Of a stretch of 64,000 nucleotides of DNA, positions 48,901 through 61,072 are shown piece after piece (the first letter of the stretch is position 1; every line of letters begins with the position of its first letter). A model generated the notes under the pieces. It saw only the letters and a list, made by a program, of their open reading frames with translations. It had not been told where the DNA came from and searched no databases. Origin of the DNA: Camelus ferus (lineage: Eukaryota); contig NC_045696.1 in assembly GCF_009834535.1 (NCBI RefSeq), forward strand, positions 28,026,001-28,090,000. Direction: 5' to 3'. Both the position numbers and the translations under genes were made by a program.

Positions 48901-49594
48901 AGCTTACTTACTGTAAATAAAGCAATCTGTTAAAATGGCTAATTCCTACATTCACTTGATACAAATGCTTACAAAAATGAAAAAGGAAAAAGAATGCATC
49001 TCATCTTTAAAGGGACAGCATGATACAAACAGAAAGTGAATTGAGAGAAAGATGAATTTTAGACCTTATGGTTTAAACTTGAAGAAACCATCTACATTTT
49101 CATTAAAAACCAACTGCCAGACCTTCCCAGACTGTGCGGAACTGCTTCTGTGTGAATCCAGAACACATTCAACTCCTGACCCACACTCACGTGTTCCACC
49201 CAAATGACACTTCTGAATTTGTCCTCCTTTCGCCACTAAACCACTCGTTTCTGAAACAACTATCTTTCCTTTTCACATAAATTGTCTCTGGACTTTCTTT
49301 TTAAAATTATTTTCATTTGTCATGTTTTCAGCTCCATTTAATATTTTTAAATGACAAAAAAATCATTTTGTGGTTAGACTATCATTTCCAATTAATATGC
49401 AAAGTAAAGAATATTTTACGGTTACATTGACAAAAGTAATACTAATATTACCATTTTAACATATGATTCTGATTTCATATATTAGTGCTACAGAAGATAT
49501 TCAATCCAATATTATTTCTTTACACTGAAAACATTACGATGGGACCACTATATATTTAAAGTAAACTATCTTATGTAAAGTGGGATAATCTTAC

Positions 49595-50210
49595 ATATTT
49601 AAAAGCACTTAGGAGAAAATCTAGGTGACTTTGGATTTGATAATGAGTTTTTAGATATGACATCAAAAGCATGATCCATGAAAGAAAAATGATAAATTGG
49701 ACTTTATTAAAACTAAAAACTTCTGCTCTGTAAAAGACAGCACCTGGGGGAAAAATAGATAAGCCACAGACTGGGAGCAAATATTTGTAAAAGACACATC
49801 TGATAAAAGACTGTTATCCAAAATATTAAAAAGCACTCAAAATTCAACAATAGGAGACAAACAACCTGATTAAAAAGTGAACAAAAGATCTAAACAGACA
49901 TCTCACTGAAGAAGAGATATGATATGTATGTATAAACAGACATCTCACTGAAGAAGAGATATGTATAGCAAATAAGCATATGAAAAGATGTCCAACATCA
50001 TGTGGCATTAGGGAATAGCCAATGAAAGGCACAGTCAGATACCTCTACACACCTCTTAGAATGGCTAAAATCCAGAACATTGACAACATCAAATGCTGGC
50101 AAGGAAATGGAACAGCACTGGACTATCATTCATTGCTGGGGAGGAGGGAAGCAATATGACACATGAACGGTCTGACATTTTCTTACAAAGCTAAACTTAG
50201 TTTTACCAAA
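49595..50210 (+). mobile_element. Old L1 (L1MB-like) ORF2 3' fragment, degenerate
   Basis: gaaaatctaggtgactttggatttg...aaaaacttctgctctgtaaaagac...agcatatgaaaagatgtccaacatca...agaatggctaaaatccagaacattgacaacatcaaatgctggcaagg. Confidence 0.88.
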
Positions 50211-52189
50211 AAAGTTCCTTGGTGGTGATGCTAAAAATAGGATTCAATGAAGTAAGTTTTACTCCACTGGCAAATTAAGCGAATATAATCAACATATTAG
50301 TTAATTACAGGTTGATTAAGGACTAATATTATCTTTTATTTAGTATTGGCCAATTTTTATAATATCCACTGTTTAACTGGTGCATACTTAGCAACTCTCT
50401 GTACATTACCAAGTTTGAGTATACTTCTGAAAGTAAAGTATTATAAAGCCAGTTCTTATTATCGAATTGACATTATTTAGAATCTTGCAAACTTTGGGGG
50501 GAAAAAAAGCACAGTATCTACTAAAGCTATTTTTGTTTTCTACCTAGGAACTTCTGTGAAAGAAATGACACAGCTGGTCTAGCAAAGAAATACAATAATT
50601 TCAGCACTGTGCATACTGCTTAGGAATTTCAACTATCATGATGGTAGTAAGATCACAAGTGAATAGGCTTAGTTTTCTGATGAGTAGACTTCTAAACCTG
50701 AGAAAGATACATCGGGAAGGAAAAAGAATGAGCCAGTGAATGGATTAATTTTAATAACACTTGTATTCTTATTATACTATTTTTTTTTCTTTACATTCAC
50801 CAAGTTTGTGGCTTTAAAATAAGAATCTATTAAGAAGAGCTGGTGAATATTTGTACCTTGACATAAAATAGCTTTGAGGAACATAAGGACTACGTCAGGC
50901 TCAATTTCCCCCCATATATCATATTTCATTAATTCAAAATCATTTTTTTCATATTTGGACTCTGAATTTTCACAGTTGATGGCATTTTACAATAGCTATG
51001 AGTCAGACAGCAATTTTGATATGATTGTCATTGACTGTGATGTGATTACTTGGTCATAACTGTTCACATTGTTGTCATTTCAGTTAAATTATATGCATTA
51101 CAGAGGATATACGAGTTTTATTATCATTTAAAATGTCTTCCATGATTCCTCTGTAATTAAACATTGTCAGTAAATGTTACTGTTATTTCAGGCTTAGAGA
51201 CAAAAATTCAATGATAGATTTGACATTGCTGAAGAAGCATCTATTGTTGGAGAAATGGTCACAAAATTATATTCTTTATGAAGCAAAAATTAAGTTACTT
51301 AATAAAAGAAGACAAAGGTATAACAAAGCATCTGCTACCTGAGAAATTTCAAAAGGATTGTTTGTCACCACTGAACAAAATGCAAGAGAAATTGTCTACT
51401 CCTTCAGGAGGGATGAAAGAAACTGCAAAGCATTAGGAGCTTGATCTGATCAATGCATCACACAGACCTATCCTTAAGACTGTGTCATGGCTTAATTGGT
51501 AGTTATATTTTTTCTCAGAGATACATAATAGAGATACTATTGTCATCTTATGTTTGGAGACACACAGTTTATTTAAAGAATGTGAAATCAGCTATAAATT
51601 GTTGAAGAGAAGTAATACTTCCTGTTCTGCAACTACCTAAAAACCACAATTTGCTCACCATATTAGAAAATAAAAATCCAAGAAGAGAAAATATGCCCGA
51701 TAGAAGAGATGAGAGTCACAGGGTTATAAGAAGAATCTATGATCCAGTGAGTAATGACATCTCATGAACAGATCAACAACATAGGGTGGTGGGGCCCCTG
51801 CTCCCAGCTGATAGTTTTGTCATGCTTATGCCTCTGATTGAATTCCATGTCAAGCTATGAATCCATGTAGGGTAAAACAGCAAAATAAATATTAAAGACC
51901 ACTTAGATAGAAAAATGAGAAATTACATATTTTTATAGAAATATTTTCATGCACACATAACTTAGTTACTTCTGTGGAAACATCACCCCAGTAGCTTAGT
52001 AATTTAGACAGTGACTATTAACGTAGAAGGCAAAAATGTCATAACATGATAAAATTCCTATCACTTTTTAGAAGGTAAAAATTATTTCTTAACCTCTATA
52101 CTGCCTGTATTAACCAGACCTATATTTATAATTCAGACTAATAAACACAAATATTGTTTTATATGCACACCTGTATTTAAATATATGTA

Positions 52190-52285
52190 TTGAAATACAG
52201 ATAGTATATATGTATATGTACATGCACATACATATATGTATATTGTGATTTTTATTTCATATATATGTATGTATATGCATATAGA
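52190..52285. repeat. (TA/TG)-rich low-complexity tract
   Basis: tatatatgtatatgtacatgcacatacatatatgtatat...atatatgtatgtatatgcatat. Confidence 0.7.
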
Positions 52286-53739
52286 ATTATGTCACATAAA
52301 AAGTCATTCAAAATTTGCACTGTGGGTTACATTTTAGGAAAAAGCTGAGTTTTTATACTTGCAAGGGCCCACATGCATTCAACCTTTTGTGTTGAATTAT
52401 TTGTATGTTCTTTATATTTTAATAGTCAGAAATATCCATTTTATTTGTTAATTATTGAATCATTAAAATAAATTATTGTCAAAGCAATTCTCCCATGTGA
52501 AAACATGGCAGAGGCTGAGTCTGATTATACAACAAGGAACAAAGACATGTGGACAGGAAAAAGCTACAAGTAAAGAGAAAGAATAAATGAACTCTAGCTA
52601 GGCAATCTAGGAGAAAATAGTTGAATGAAGTAATGACAGTGTCCCTGGCAAATAGAGAATTTTTTACAAAAGGCTCTCTACCCTCAGGCACAATTACCAC
52701 AGCTGTACCAGATAGCCTCTATCAGTCATCATCTAGAACAGCGCGTCTTTCTATTAACCAAGCAATAGAGGCGCAAAAATTACTTACACCAGCCCATATG
52801 AGGCACTCGGTTTGCTGCAATGCATTCTGATGACTTAATTAGGTGAACCATGTGACACATGGCATTTTTCAAACCAGGTCCATCACAAAGGCCACAACAT
52901 CAAAGCAGAATGGTCCTGGGCTCTACAGCTAGATTACACATACGAGTTTCTTCATCGAGGGTCTTGTCACTAATGGTGTCTGCTGGTTCACTTCCATCTA
53001 CTTAAACAATTAGATAAAACCTTACACTAGCACACCAAGGCTGATGAAGAGCCTTGGAACTGAGTACACCTGGCAATTTCTCTCTTAATTAAAATCTCAT
53101 CTTCGACTGAGTGATGGTCTCTAGAAAATAAGAAATGTATTTTTTTTTTCTTTAAGGATTTCTTCTCTCTAGTGACTCGACACTTCTATTGTGAGATTTC
53201 TAACCCTATTGAACACCTACAAACACGTGAAAATAAACAAAAAGTAAACAAAGGTCACATCACGATGCCAAGTGACATGTAATCAAAGAATTTTTACAAT
53301 GCGTTTGTGTCAGTGAAGGAAAACAAGGGAAAAGCCTTGGAAACACAATTACACTGAGATAATAAAGCATACGTACCAGATATTTTAATGAGGATTTACT
53401 CCATAGTTTTGATTGCATTATTGATCTTTTGAATCTAACTTTAACCTGGTTAATTGCCCAGAAAAGTTTGAATGGCATTAATATCCATACAAGAAATGAT
53501 AGCAAATAATGGATATATATATATAAGAAAATATAAATATGAATGTTGATTTTAAATAACGTTATAATTCATTTTGAATTTAAATCCAGCAAAAAAACAG
53601 AAAGCAAATACTGGCTCTAAAACCAGATAGAAGTACTCTATTACCCTAATATTTGTTCTACTTGATCTTGTAAAATAATTATATGTTGTAAATCACTAAA
53701 CAATAAATACACATAAAATCGAATCACAGCGTAGCACAC

Positions 53740-54270
53740 TGTGTCTGCCTGATTTCATTAGTGATGCCACCATTGACCTATCCTCCTACAATGAATCTTG
53801 GAGTTATACTTGGTGACTCTCTCTCCTTTTCCCCTCACTTCCTATCATCATCACCCACTTCTCCTGACTCTATATCCTACGTATTTTTGCAAACCTATTC
53901 CTCTCCTATCTGTTGCCCCATGTATAATTAGGCATCGTCATATTTTTTTCAGCAACCCCTTCCTCTTGTTAATTTATTCACTTATCTATAAACATTGCAT
54001 AAATAATTTCTATGTTTACATTTTAAGTATTGATAGTACTTTTGCAAACCTCCAACACTGTTTCTCTCTCCTATCATGATAACAATTTATGACAGTTTAT
54101 AATTTATACATAGAAAATTAGATGTGTCATTGATTTCATTATTTCTCCCCCACAGAGAAAGAGAAAGGTGGAAGATGCCAAGACTGTTTTCATTAACACT
54201 GTCTCCTCCAACCTCACAATACCGTGCAGTATTAGATGTCAAATCAATATTTGTTGAATTAATAAATTAA
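53740..54270 (+). mobile_element. L2 fragment(s) ending at the L2 3' end
   Basis: gaatcttggagttatacttggtgactctctctcc... and terminal tcaatatttgttgaattaataaat. Confidence 0.6.
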
Positions 54271-55369
54271 AAAAAGAAACATTTGGATGTACCACATTTC
54301 CACAGAGTTACAGTAAAAAAAAGGTCTTACTAGGTTACTCCCCATCTTAAACTCTTTCACTGCCTTCCTTTTGACCAGAGTTTCCATCTAAAGCTGCTTA
54401 GCTTTGTATAAAAGATTCCTCAAGATTTGAACTTCAAATTACTCTCTGAACTCACCTCCAAACATCCCCCGATATACGATTTCCTTTCTATCAAGCCAAA
54501 TAGGTGTTCTCATAGTCAACAGAGCTGTCTCTTGGCATGAGCCTGAGATTTTCTTTTCCACTCACACCTTTTCAATCAGAGAGCACTCCTAAGACTCAAG
54601 TTCCACTTAATGAATCCTAACTTTCCAATGGACTCTTACCTCCTCGTTTACCTGTTCTGTGAAGTCTTCCACACCCTCCTTAAGTTGATGCTCTACAGAA
54701 CTTCATCTTTACTTAGAGCACATGCCTGTTTTCCCTTAATGACACCTGTAGTAGCTACTGTCCCACGACAACCATATAGTGCACCCCAGGCCAGTGACAC
54801 TCATTTACAGATGATAATGAGATTATTATCAATGTTAGTAAGAGCAGCTCCATATATAAAATCCTCTCAGTGTTCCAAATTCTTTGATTATTTTACCTAT
54901 AATTCAGGTACAAATAACACAAGGTAATTCTAACATTCCTTCTGAGGAGTTAACTGACATGGGGGAGATTAAGTTATTGACCAAAGTTTACACAATTAAT
55001 ATATAGCCCTTTTCAACCGAAAGCCACATTTTCTCCACTATGACATTTTGATATTCTTGATGTTTCCTGAGTAGTCTTTCTTTCCCTTTCCTTCCTTCCT
55101 ACCTTCCTTCTTTTCTTGGTATAGGTGGGTCCCTTATTATTTTTGTAAAAATTAAATTGTGAAAAGTAATAGTCAGAAGATATTCTTTTTTAAAATTTTT
55201 GTGGTTTTCTTGTAGCTTTCCATAATGCTTATAGAAATGTGAAAAACTAAGTTTTTATTATATTTCGTTTGTAGTGAATATTGTTTTTGGTATTATATTT
55301 AGGCATGAGTCATAAATTTATACTTTATCTTTTGGTGGTCCTTCACAGAACTGACCTCTTAGCTACTAG

Positions 55370-55520
55370 ACACAGTGGCATAGTGTCAACCAACAACACA
55401 GTGGGGCCCATGAAAATATTTTTATTCATTTTAAAATCAGAAGAGGAAAATAAACATTTACAGCCAAAGATTTTATTTATGTTGATGTCAACTTTTTTTT
55501 ACAGAAAGTTTGCATAACTG
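55370..55520. mobile_element. Possible hAT (Tip100-like) DNA transposon fragment
   Basis: gggcccatgaaaatatttttattcattttaaaatcagaagaggaaaataaac resembles hAT-Tip100 fossils; weak match. Confidence 0.3.
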
Positions 55521-58500
55521 AGACATTATTCTAATTCTAATTTGGATATAAATTCCCAGCCACTTAATGTCTGAATCAGTACTCTATTAAGGCTTGGGCA
55601 AAATTTAAGGGAAATTGTATCCATTAGGCAAAACTAAGTCAGAATCATGTAAAGTATAATTTTTTTAATTATACAGGTTAATTTTCACTGATCTATTTAT
55701 TTGCTTAGTGGCTTTTTTCTTGACCTATTGACTTTCAAAATTATATATTTTATTTTTAATAAACATTTAATGCGTTTCTGAAAAACATCTATGAAAAACA
55801 TGTCGAGAAACACTTCTCGAGTCATACAGATTTATTAAATCATGTATATAATCAAATCACTTTTTTAACAGTAACATCTGTATCAATGCATAATCAGAAG
55901 AGTTAACATTTTAAAGTACTTTTGAACCTAAATGTGATAACTAATAGAAGAGACAAATAACTCTGTTAAGTGTTTAAAATTAATTAATAAATTTCTGATT
56001 AGTGCAATGCAAAAAAAAAATCAAATTGTCTATGAACAAGCATTCACTATAATTTCTAAATAATATGCATTTTCCTTATCACTTCCCGAGGCTACTATGC
56101 TATAGAAACGAATCACAGCTATTGGAAAAAAAATTCCTGTGGATAAAACCCTTGCATATATGCAACACTTTTAGTTAGATAAATTAGTCAAATAAAGAAA
56201 TGTTTAAAGATTCTATCACATTTTAATTTCAGAAACTTATTTTCAATTTTCTTTTTGCCTTATACAGCAGATTTTTAAAATCTGAAATAAATACTCAAAT
56301 TTATTCAAAATCTGTAGGGCATGTAAAAAATAAATCACAAAAAATAGGGGTCTATGGGTATTATATGTATACACTTCCTATTATTTCTAGAGTTTTACAT
56401 AAAGAATTCTTTCATTAAAATTTATGATCTATCTATAGGTGACTCAAACCCAGATAACACTTTGGTCCTTGCAAGTACCTTCCTTTGGATAAAGCAGCAA
56501 GGTACTGAAGTGGTGGTGGATGGATGTCTGAGAGGGGAGGGGAAGCAGTAAATCATTTCAGACAATTTCATACTCAAGGCTTGTTGACATGAGGCAGGGC
56601 AAAGGAAATCACCCTGTCAGCACCTGCATCTTTAATGAAGGACAACGCTGTTGCTGCACACTTAGAGAATAGAGAGGGAAAAATAAATCATGTTTAACTT
56701 TAAAGTGGGCTGTCGGATTTATTCAAATAGAAATGCAACCTTGTGTGCTTCCTCCTCCCCACCTATTTCCATTTAAAATCTTACAGTATACACCTAGATT
56801 CAACCTTTTTTTCTTTTAACCATCGATGTTCTTCAAATTTTCAATTCAATTTACTATATGCCGAATAGATACTTTTAAAACATATCATTTAACACTTGTC
56901 TTTTATTGTCTTCCTGACATCTGTTGCCATTGGAGGTGGATTTAAAATGTGAAGATGGGTAACTGTCAGATTACTCTGGAGCAGAGATTACATAAAGATG
57001 TAGCATGGGCCAGATACAGCATGCCTCATGGGATAACCACCATTGGCTTAAGAGTATTTTATATGTGAATGAGAGAGAAGGAAACTTGACAGGACAAACA
57101 TCTTACAGTGGTTTTAATACAGAGGCAGATTTTAAAGGGTTCTGTATGCAATGAAGGCAGCAACTCAAATGGTTGGAGAGACCCAACCATTCTTAGAATC
57201 CACTTCTTAATTATTCTTTTTCTCTTAAAACTGATTTACTTTTCACCAACAAGTGTATTTCTTCATTTAAAATGTACATGGAATTTCTAGTCATCTCCCT
57301 GATACACCAACTGCATCACATACAATATTCTAAAACACAACAGCAGTTTTTAAAACGTATTATATAGAGAAATGAAATAGAAAAAAAAAATGATCTGGGT
57401 AATCCGTCAGTTCAAGCATTCGTTTTAATATTTAATCACACCAAGTAACTAAGTTACAGTTTGACTGAAAAACTCTATAAAATAAAATAAATGCAGGTCA
57501 TAAATAATAATATATATCAAATCTATATAAATACATAGAAATGATATATATTATTTTATTTGTGTAATAAAATAATAATATTCAGGTAATAAAACTATCT
57601 GCATTACAACGGTTATTTTCATTGGTCTTAAGGACCCTGAGGCATCTTATTCTGGTAGACTCTCTACCAATGATAACTCACCAAGTTACGTCCTATAGAC
57701 CATAAACTTCTCCATAGTTGTTCAGAAACATGTTACATACTTTCATTTATCTGTCTTTTGAAATAAATTTCTGATGAAGGAGGATATTCTTTCCTCTAGG
57801 GAAAGAGTGGAAGTAAATCAACTGAATGAGAAACTATGTTTTTGAAAGTCACTGATATTTGATCTTCCCATCTTTGCTCCCTCTGAGCTGTGCTAAACTC
57901 AGTCAATGTCAGGGCCTCTACTAAACATAATAAAGCTAGAACAACAACAACAAAAAGAATCAAGATCTCATGTCATTCCGAGGTTAATGTAAAGGAGGAG
58001 AGATCCTAAGGCTCATGACTCCTTTTAGGAGGTTTTCTCATCACCTTAGCTTGAAACCAGTGCTCCCAGATGGAGGCAGTTATGAAAATGACTTCCACTC
58101 TGCAGGTGTTCCCTTTGAAAAGCTAATAGCATATTTCTTTTGACAGGTAAATTGCTTTGAAATAATTCTTGAACTCTGTGGTCCTGAACGGGGAAGACAT
58201 TTAGCTTTATAAACCCCAATTTGGGGCACCCTGATTTCTTTTTAAGGTGTTGTCTCAAAATGGGCCCTGAGTTACTAATCTGTATGACTTATTTCTGCAA
58301 AATGCTAACCAACTGATCACCTTTGTACCCAATCTACGTATTGTATTAAGCAATAAATTCATGTATTTCAGCTCTCTTTGGTTTTAAAATGCTTTCATGT
58401 AAGATAGTAATTGCAGAGTTTTGACAAATTTTGGAGCCAAATATTCAAGGTGATATGTCTCCTCTGAAATTACACAGTATCTTCTTGAAAGAAAAGGTAA

Positions 58501-60029
58501 CTTTACATTCCGTAGATAAACTTTACAGCTCCTACCACACATCTCTACAAGCATTCCTTCTTCCGTATTTCTAGATAAGTAAAGATGTTTCAAACCACAC
58601 TTGACCACTTTGAGATTTGATTACTTGCTCAGTAACTAAATCATGGACTAAATTTGTTGACCTGGAGCAGTGATTAGCTGGTAGGACAGTTTAGGACAAT
58701 TACACCTAAGCTATCTCTAAATCTACAGTCATAGTTTACAAAATATTTTCTCATAAAACCTATTTATCCTGATGATTTGAAAGTCAGTGAAAAACTTCAG
58801 ACTTAAATTAACATTTTTCATATGCTTAAAAATGCATGACATTTTTTCATATTGTCATTTTTTGATATTGGTTTATTCATTAATTTTAATCAATACTCAA
58901 CAGAGTAGTGGCAAGAGAAGGGAATGTAATAACAGGCTGAAATTAAACACTTGCAGTAATTTCAGTGTGTTAACCTAATATAGTAAAAAGCAGCTAAATG
59001 GACTTTGCAACAACAGAATTGAAATTTTCTGTATACCTCCACTCTATGGGAATGCTCTTAACAGATATAAACATACTTTCTGTTCACAACCCCTTTATCT
59101 TCTAAACAAAAATGTCAATCTTAACCCAGCAGGGGAAAAAAAATTCAAGCCCCAAGATTATTTGAAAATTCTAATTTGTGTGTGGATACACATGATTAGT
59201 TACATACAGATGCTGAATATTAAAATAAACCATAAACAAACAAATAACAACCAAGCTTCACATTTTGGTTTAACAAAACACCAAACACCATTCTTTTATG
59301 AATAACTTGACTGAATTATGATGATATTTTAAATATGTCCAAGTTAACTACAATTTTCCCATAGTTATATCTAAGAGGAAAGTTGAAATTATATTTTGAT
59401 TGGTACATCAATGCATTTTTATATTTTCCTGCACCATAACACGAAGTTTAGTCAGCTTCTTATAAAAGAGTTGTACAGCAATGTTCTTCTAGCACCATCA
59501 ATAAAACTATGACTTCAAGGAACCAGATTTCTAACATCACCAAAAACAACAGTAACCATGGCAGCAGCACAGCAGCATGCTGCATTTTTATTCTGACATT
59601 GTTCAGCCCGTTAATTAACATGTCACTAGTCCAAACAGATTTAATATTTTACTTTCCGTGATGTTGCTTTTCTGTAGTACTAACATGCATTGCGACTCGG
59701 CTACTCTTTTTGCGCTACACATTTCTTCCCTACTGCAATTGTCCTTCCACCACTCTAATCACTTAAAATAATCACTTCTTCCATGCTTCTGTAACAATGA
59801 ATTTTTCTGAATTTTTCTGTTTCTCTAGGGAATTAATAAAGTGCTCTGTACTCAAGAATAACCTTTGATCCCTGAAATTTATCAGCACACATACTTAAGA
59901 AACCATTGCACACAGACTTACAACTTCCAAAGAACAGGAGTAAAGTTGATTTACAACACACAATAAAAATAAATGTAAAGCAAAGAAGGGATACTGATCA
60001 AGGTTTGACGAAACATGCATGGCACTTAC

Positions 60030-60117
60030 CTGGGATAAGCTGTGCCAGGAACAGGTGACTTTTTGACAAGCTGAGGAGTGATATTATGGCCAAAAAAGGA
60101 GCATGTTTCCATTTCAT
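60030..60117 (-). CDS. ROBO1: ROBO1 (roundabout guidance receptor 1) long isoform a, first coding exon; encodes the signal-peptide region [29 protein letters not shown] plus 1 nt (phase 1)
   Basis: The reverse complement reads ATG AAA TGG AAA CAT GCT CCT TTT TTG GCC ATA ATA TCA CTC CTC AGC TTG TCA AAA AGT CAC CTG TTC CTG GCA CAG CTT ATC CCA G|gtaagt. This closely matches the human ROBO1a N-terminus as I recall it ([30 protein letters not shown]). It has 88 coding nt and a consensus donor CAG|GTAAGT. Confidence 0.96.
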
Positions 60118-60168
60118 CTTTGTCCCTTCCTTGCATTCCACCCAGCCAGTGACACAGATATGTTTTAT
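60030..60168 (-). other. ROBO1: Complete ROBO1a exon (139 nt: 51 nt 5'UTR + 88 nt CDS), probably exon 2
   Basis: The acceptor is a long pyrimidine tract ending ...ttttctcccag|ATAAAAC (AG at 60170-60169). The donor is CCAG|gtaagtg (GT at 60029-60028). Confidence 0.9.
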
Positions 60169-60885
60169 CTGGGAGAAAAAAAATAAACACAGAAATTTTT
60201 TTAATGGTTAGCTATATTGAGATCAAGACAATATTAAAGATATGTTGTGAAAAATTATACTACAAGTGCATTTGAAATGTCATTTTTCAAAATGATAAAA
60301 CTAAATCATTAAATGAATTCAGCCGACACAACATACATTTTAGGATATACGTTTTGAACAAATGTAGTAATTATTAATTTTGAAAATTCATTTCAATCAG
60401 ATATAATAATAAATGATTCCTCAGTTTTCCATACACTTTAGGGGATGACAGATAAGTGCTTCTAATTTCTTACTAATTTAGTTAGAACACGCTCAAAGGA
60501 TCTAGAAAACTATGGTCATTCATTCACCAACCAAATATTTGCAGACTGTTCATAATGAGCCAGTTACTATGGTATTTGGGGGGCACAGCAGAAGAAAAAA
60601 AAAACTAAATTATTTACTTATGCAGGTACATAAACAATTTGAAGCCATTAAAATTATATCAGTTTATAAGCAAATTCACAAAACAAACAACCCTTAACAG
60701 CTGTTGTATTCCAAACAAGGCACTTCATATCAATCATGAATAACACAGCGTCTTGTAGGCAACACAGCCCTCGGTCATCAGGGCTTCAGCAAGATGAAGA
60801 CTCTAACAAATGGCAGAATAAAACTACAGGAATTAATTCAAGTGGAAGACCGATCAGTTTTGCCTGGAGAATTGACCAAATCTGT

Positions 60886-61072
60886 AATACCTAATACAAT
60901 TTAAATGCTATGTAAATAGTTGTAAATGTAATATCAATACTCTATAAATAGTTACCAGTGCACACTGAAAATATTTTGCTTTTTGGAAATTCCTGGAATT
61001 GTTTTTCAAATATTTTCCACCCTCAGGTGAATCCAAAGATGTAAAGCCCACAAATATGAAGGGCCAAGTGTA
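60886..61072. mobile_element. Tigger/MER2-family DNA transposon end (TcMar-Tigger)
   Basis: aatacctaatacaat.taaatgctatgtaaatagttg...aaatattttc...tgaatccaaagatgtaaagcccacaaatatgaagggccaagtg followed by TA, matching the MER2/Tigger3 terminus and TA target. Confidence 0.8.

Larger units (their letters stand above)
1..60029 (-). other. ROBO1: 5' part of the very large ROBO1a intron following the first coding exon
   Basis: Begins at the GT donor at 60029. The next expected exon (DPEDVERG...) was not found in the window, and ROBO1 is known for very long 5' introns. Confidence 0.85.

Noticed and set aside
60023..60034. acttacctggg resembling the U1 snRNA 5' end
   Set aside because: It is the reverse complement of the ROBO1 splice donor, and no further U1 similarity follows.
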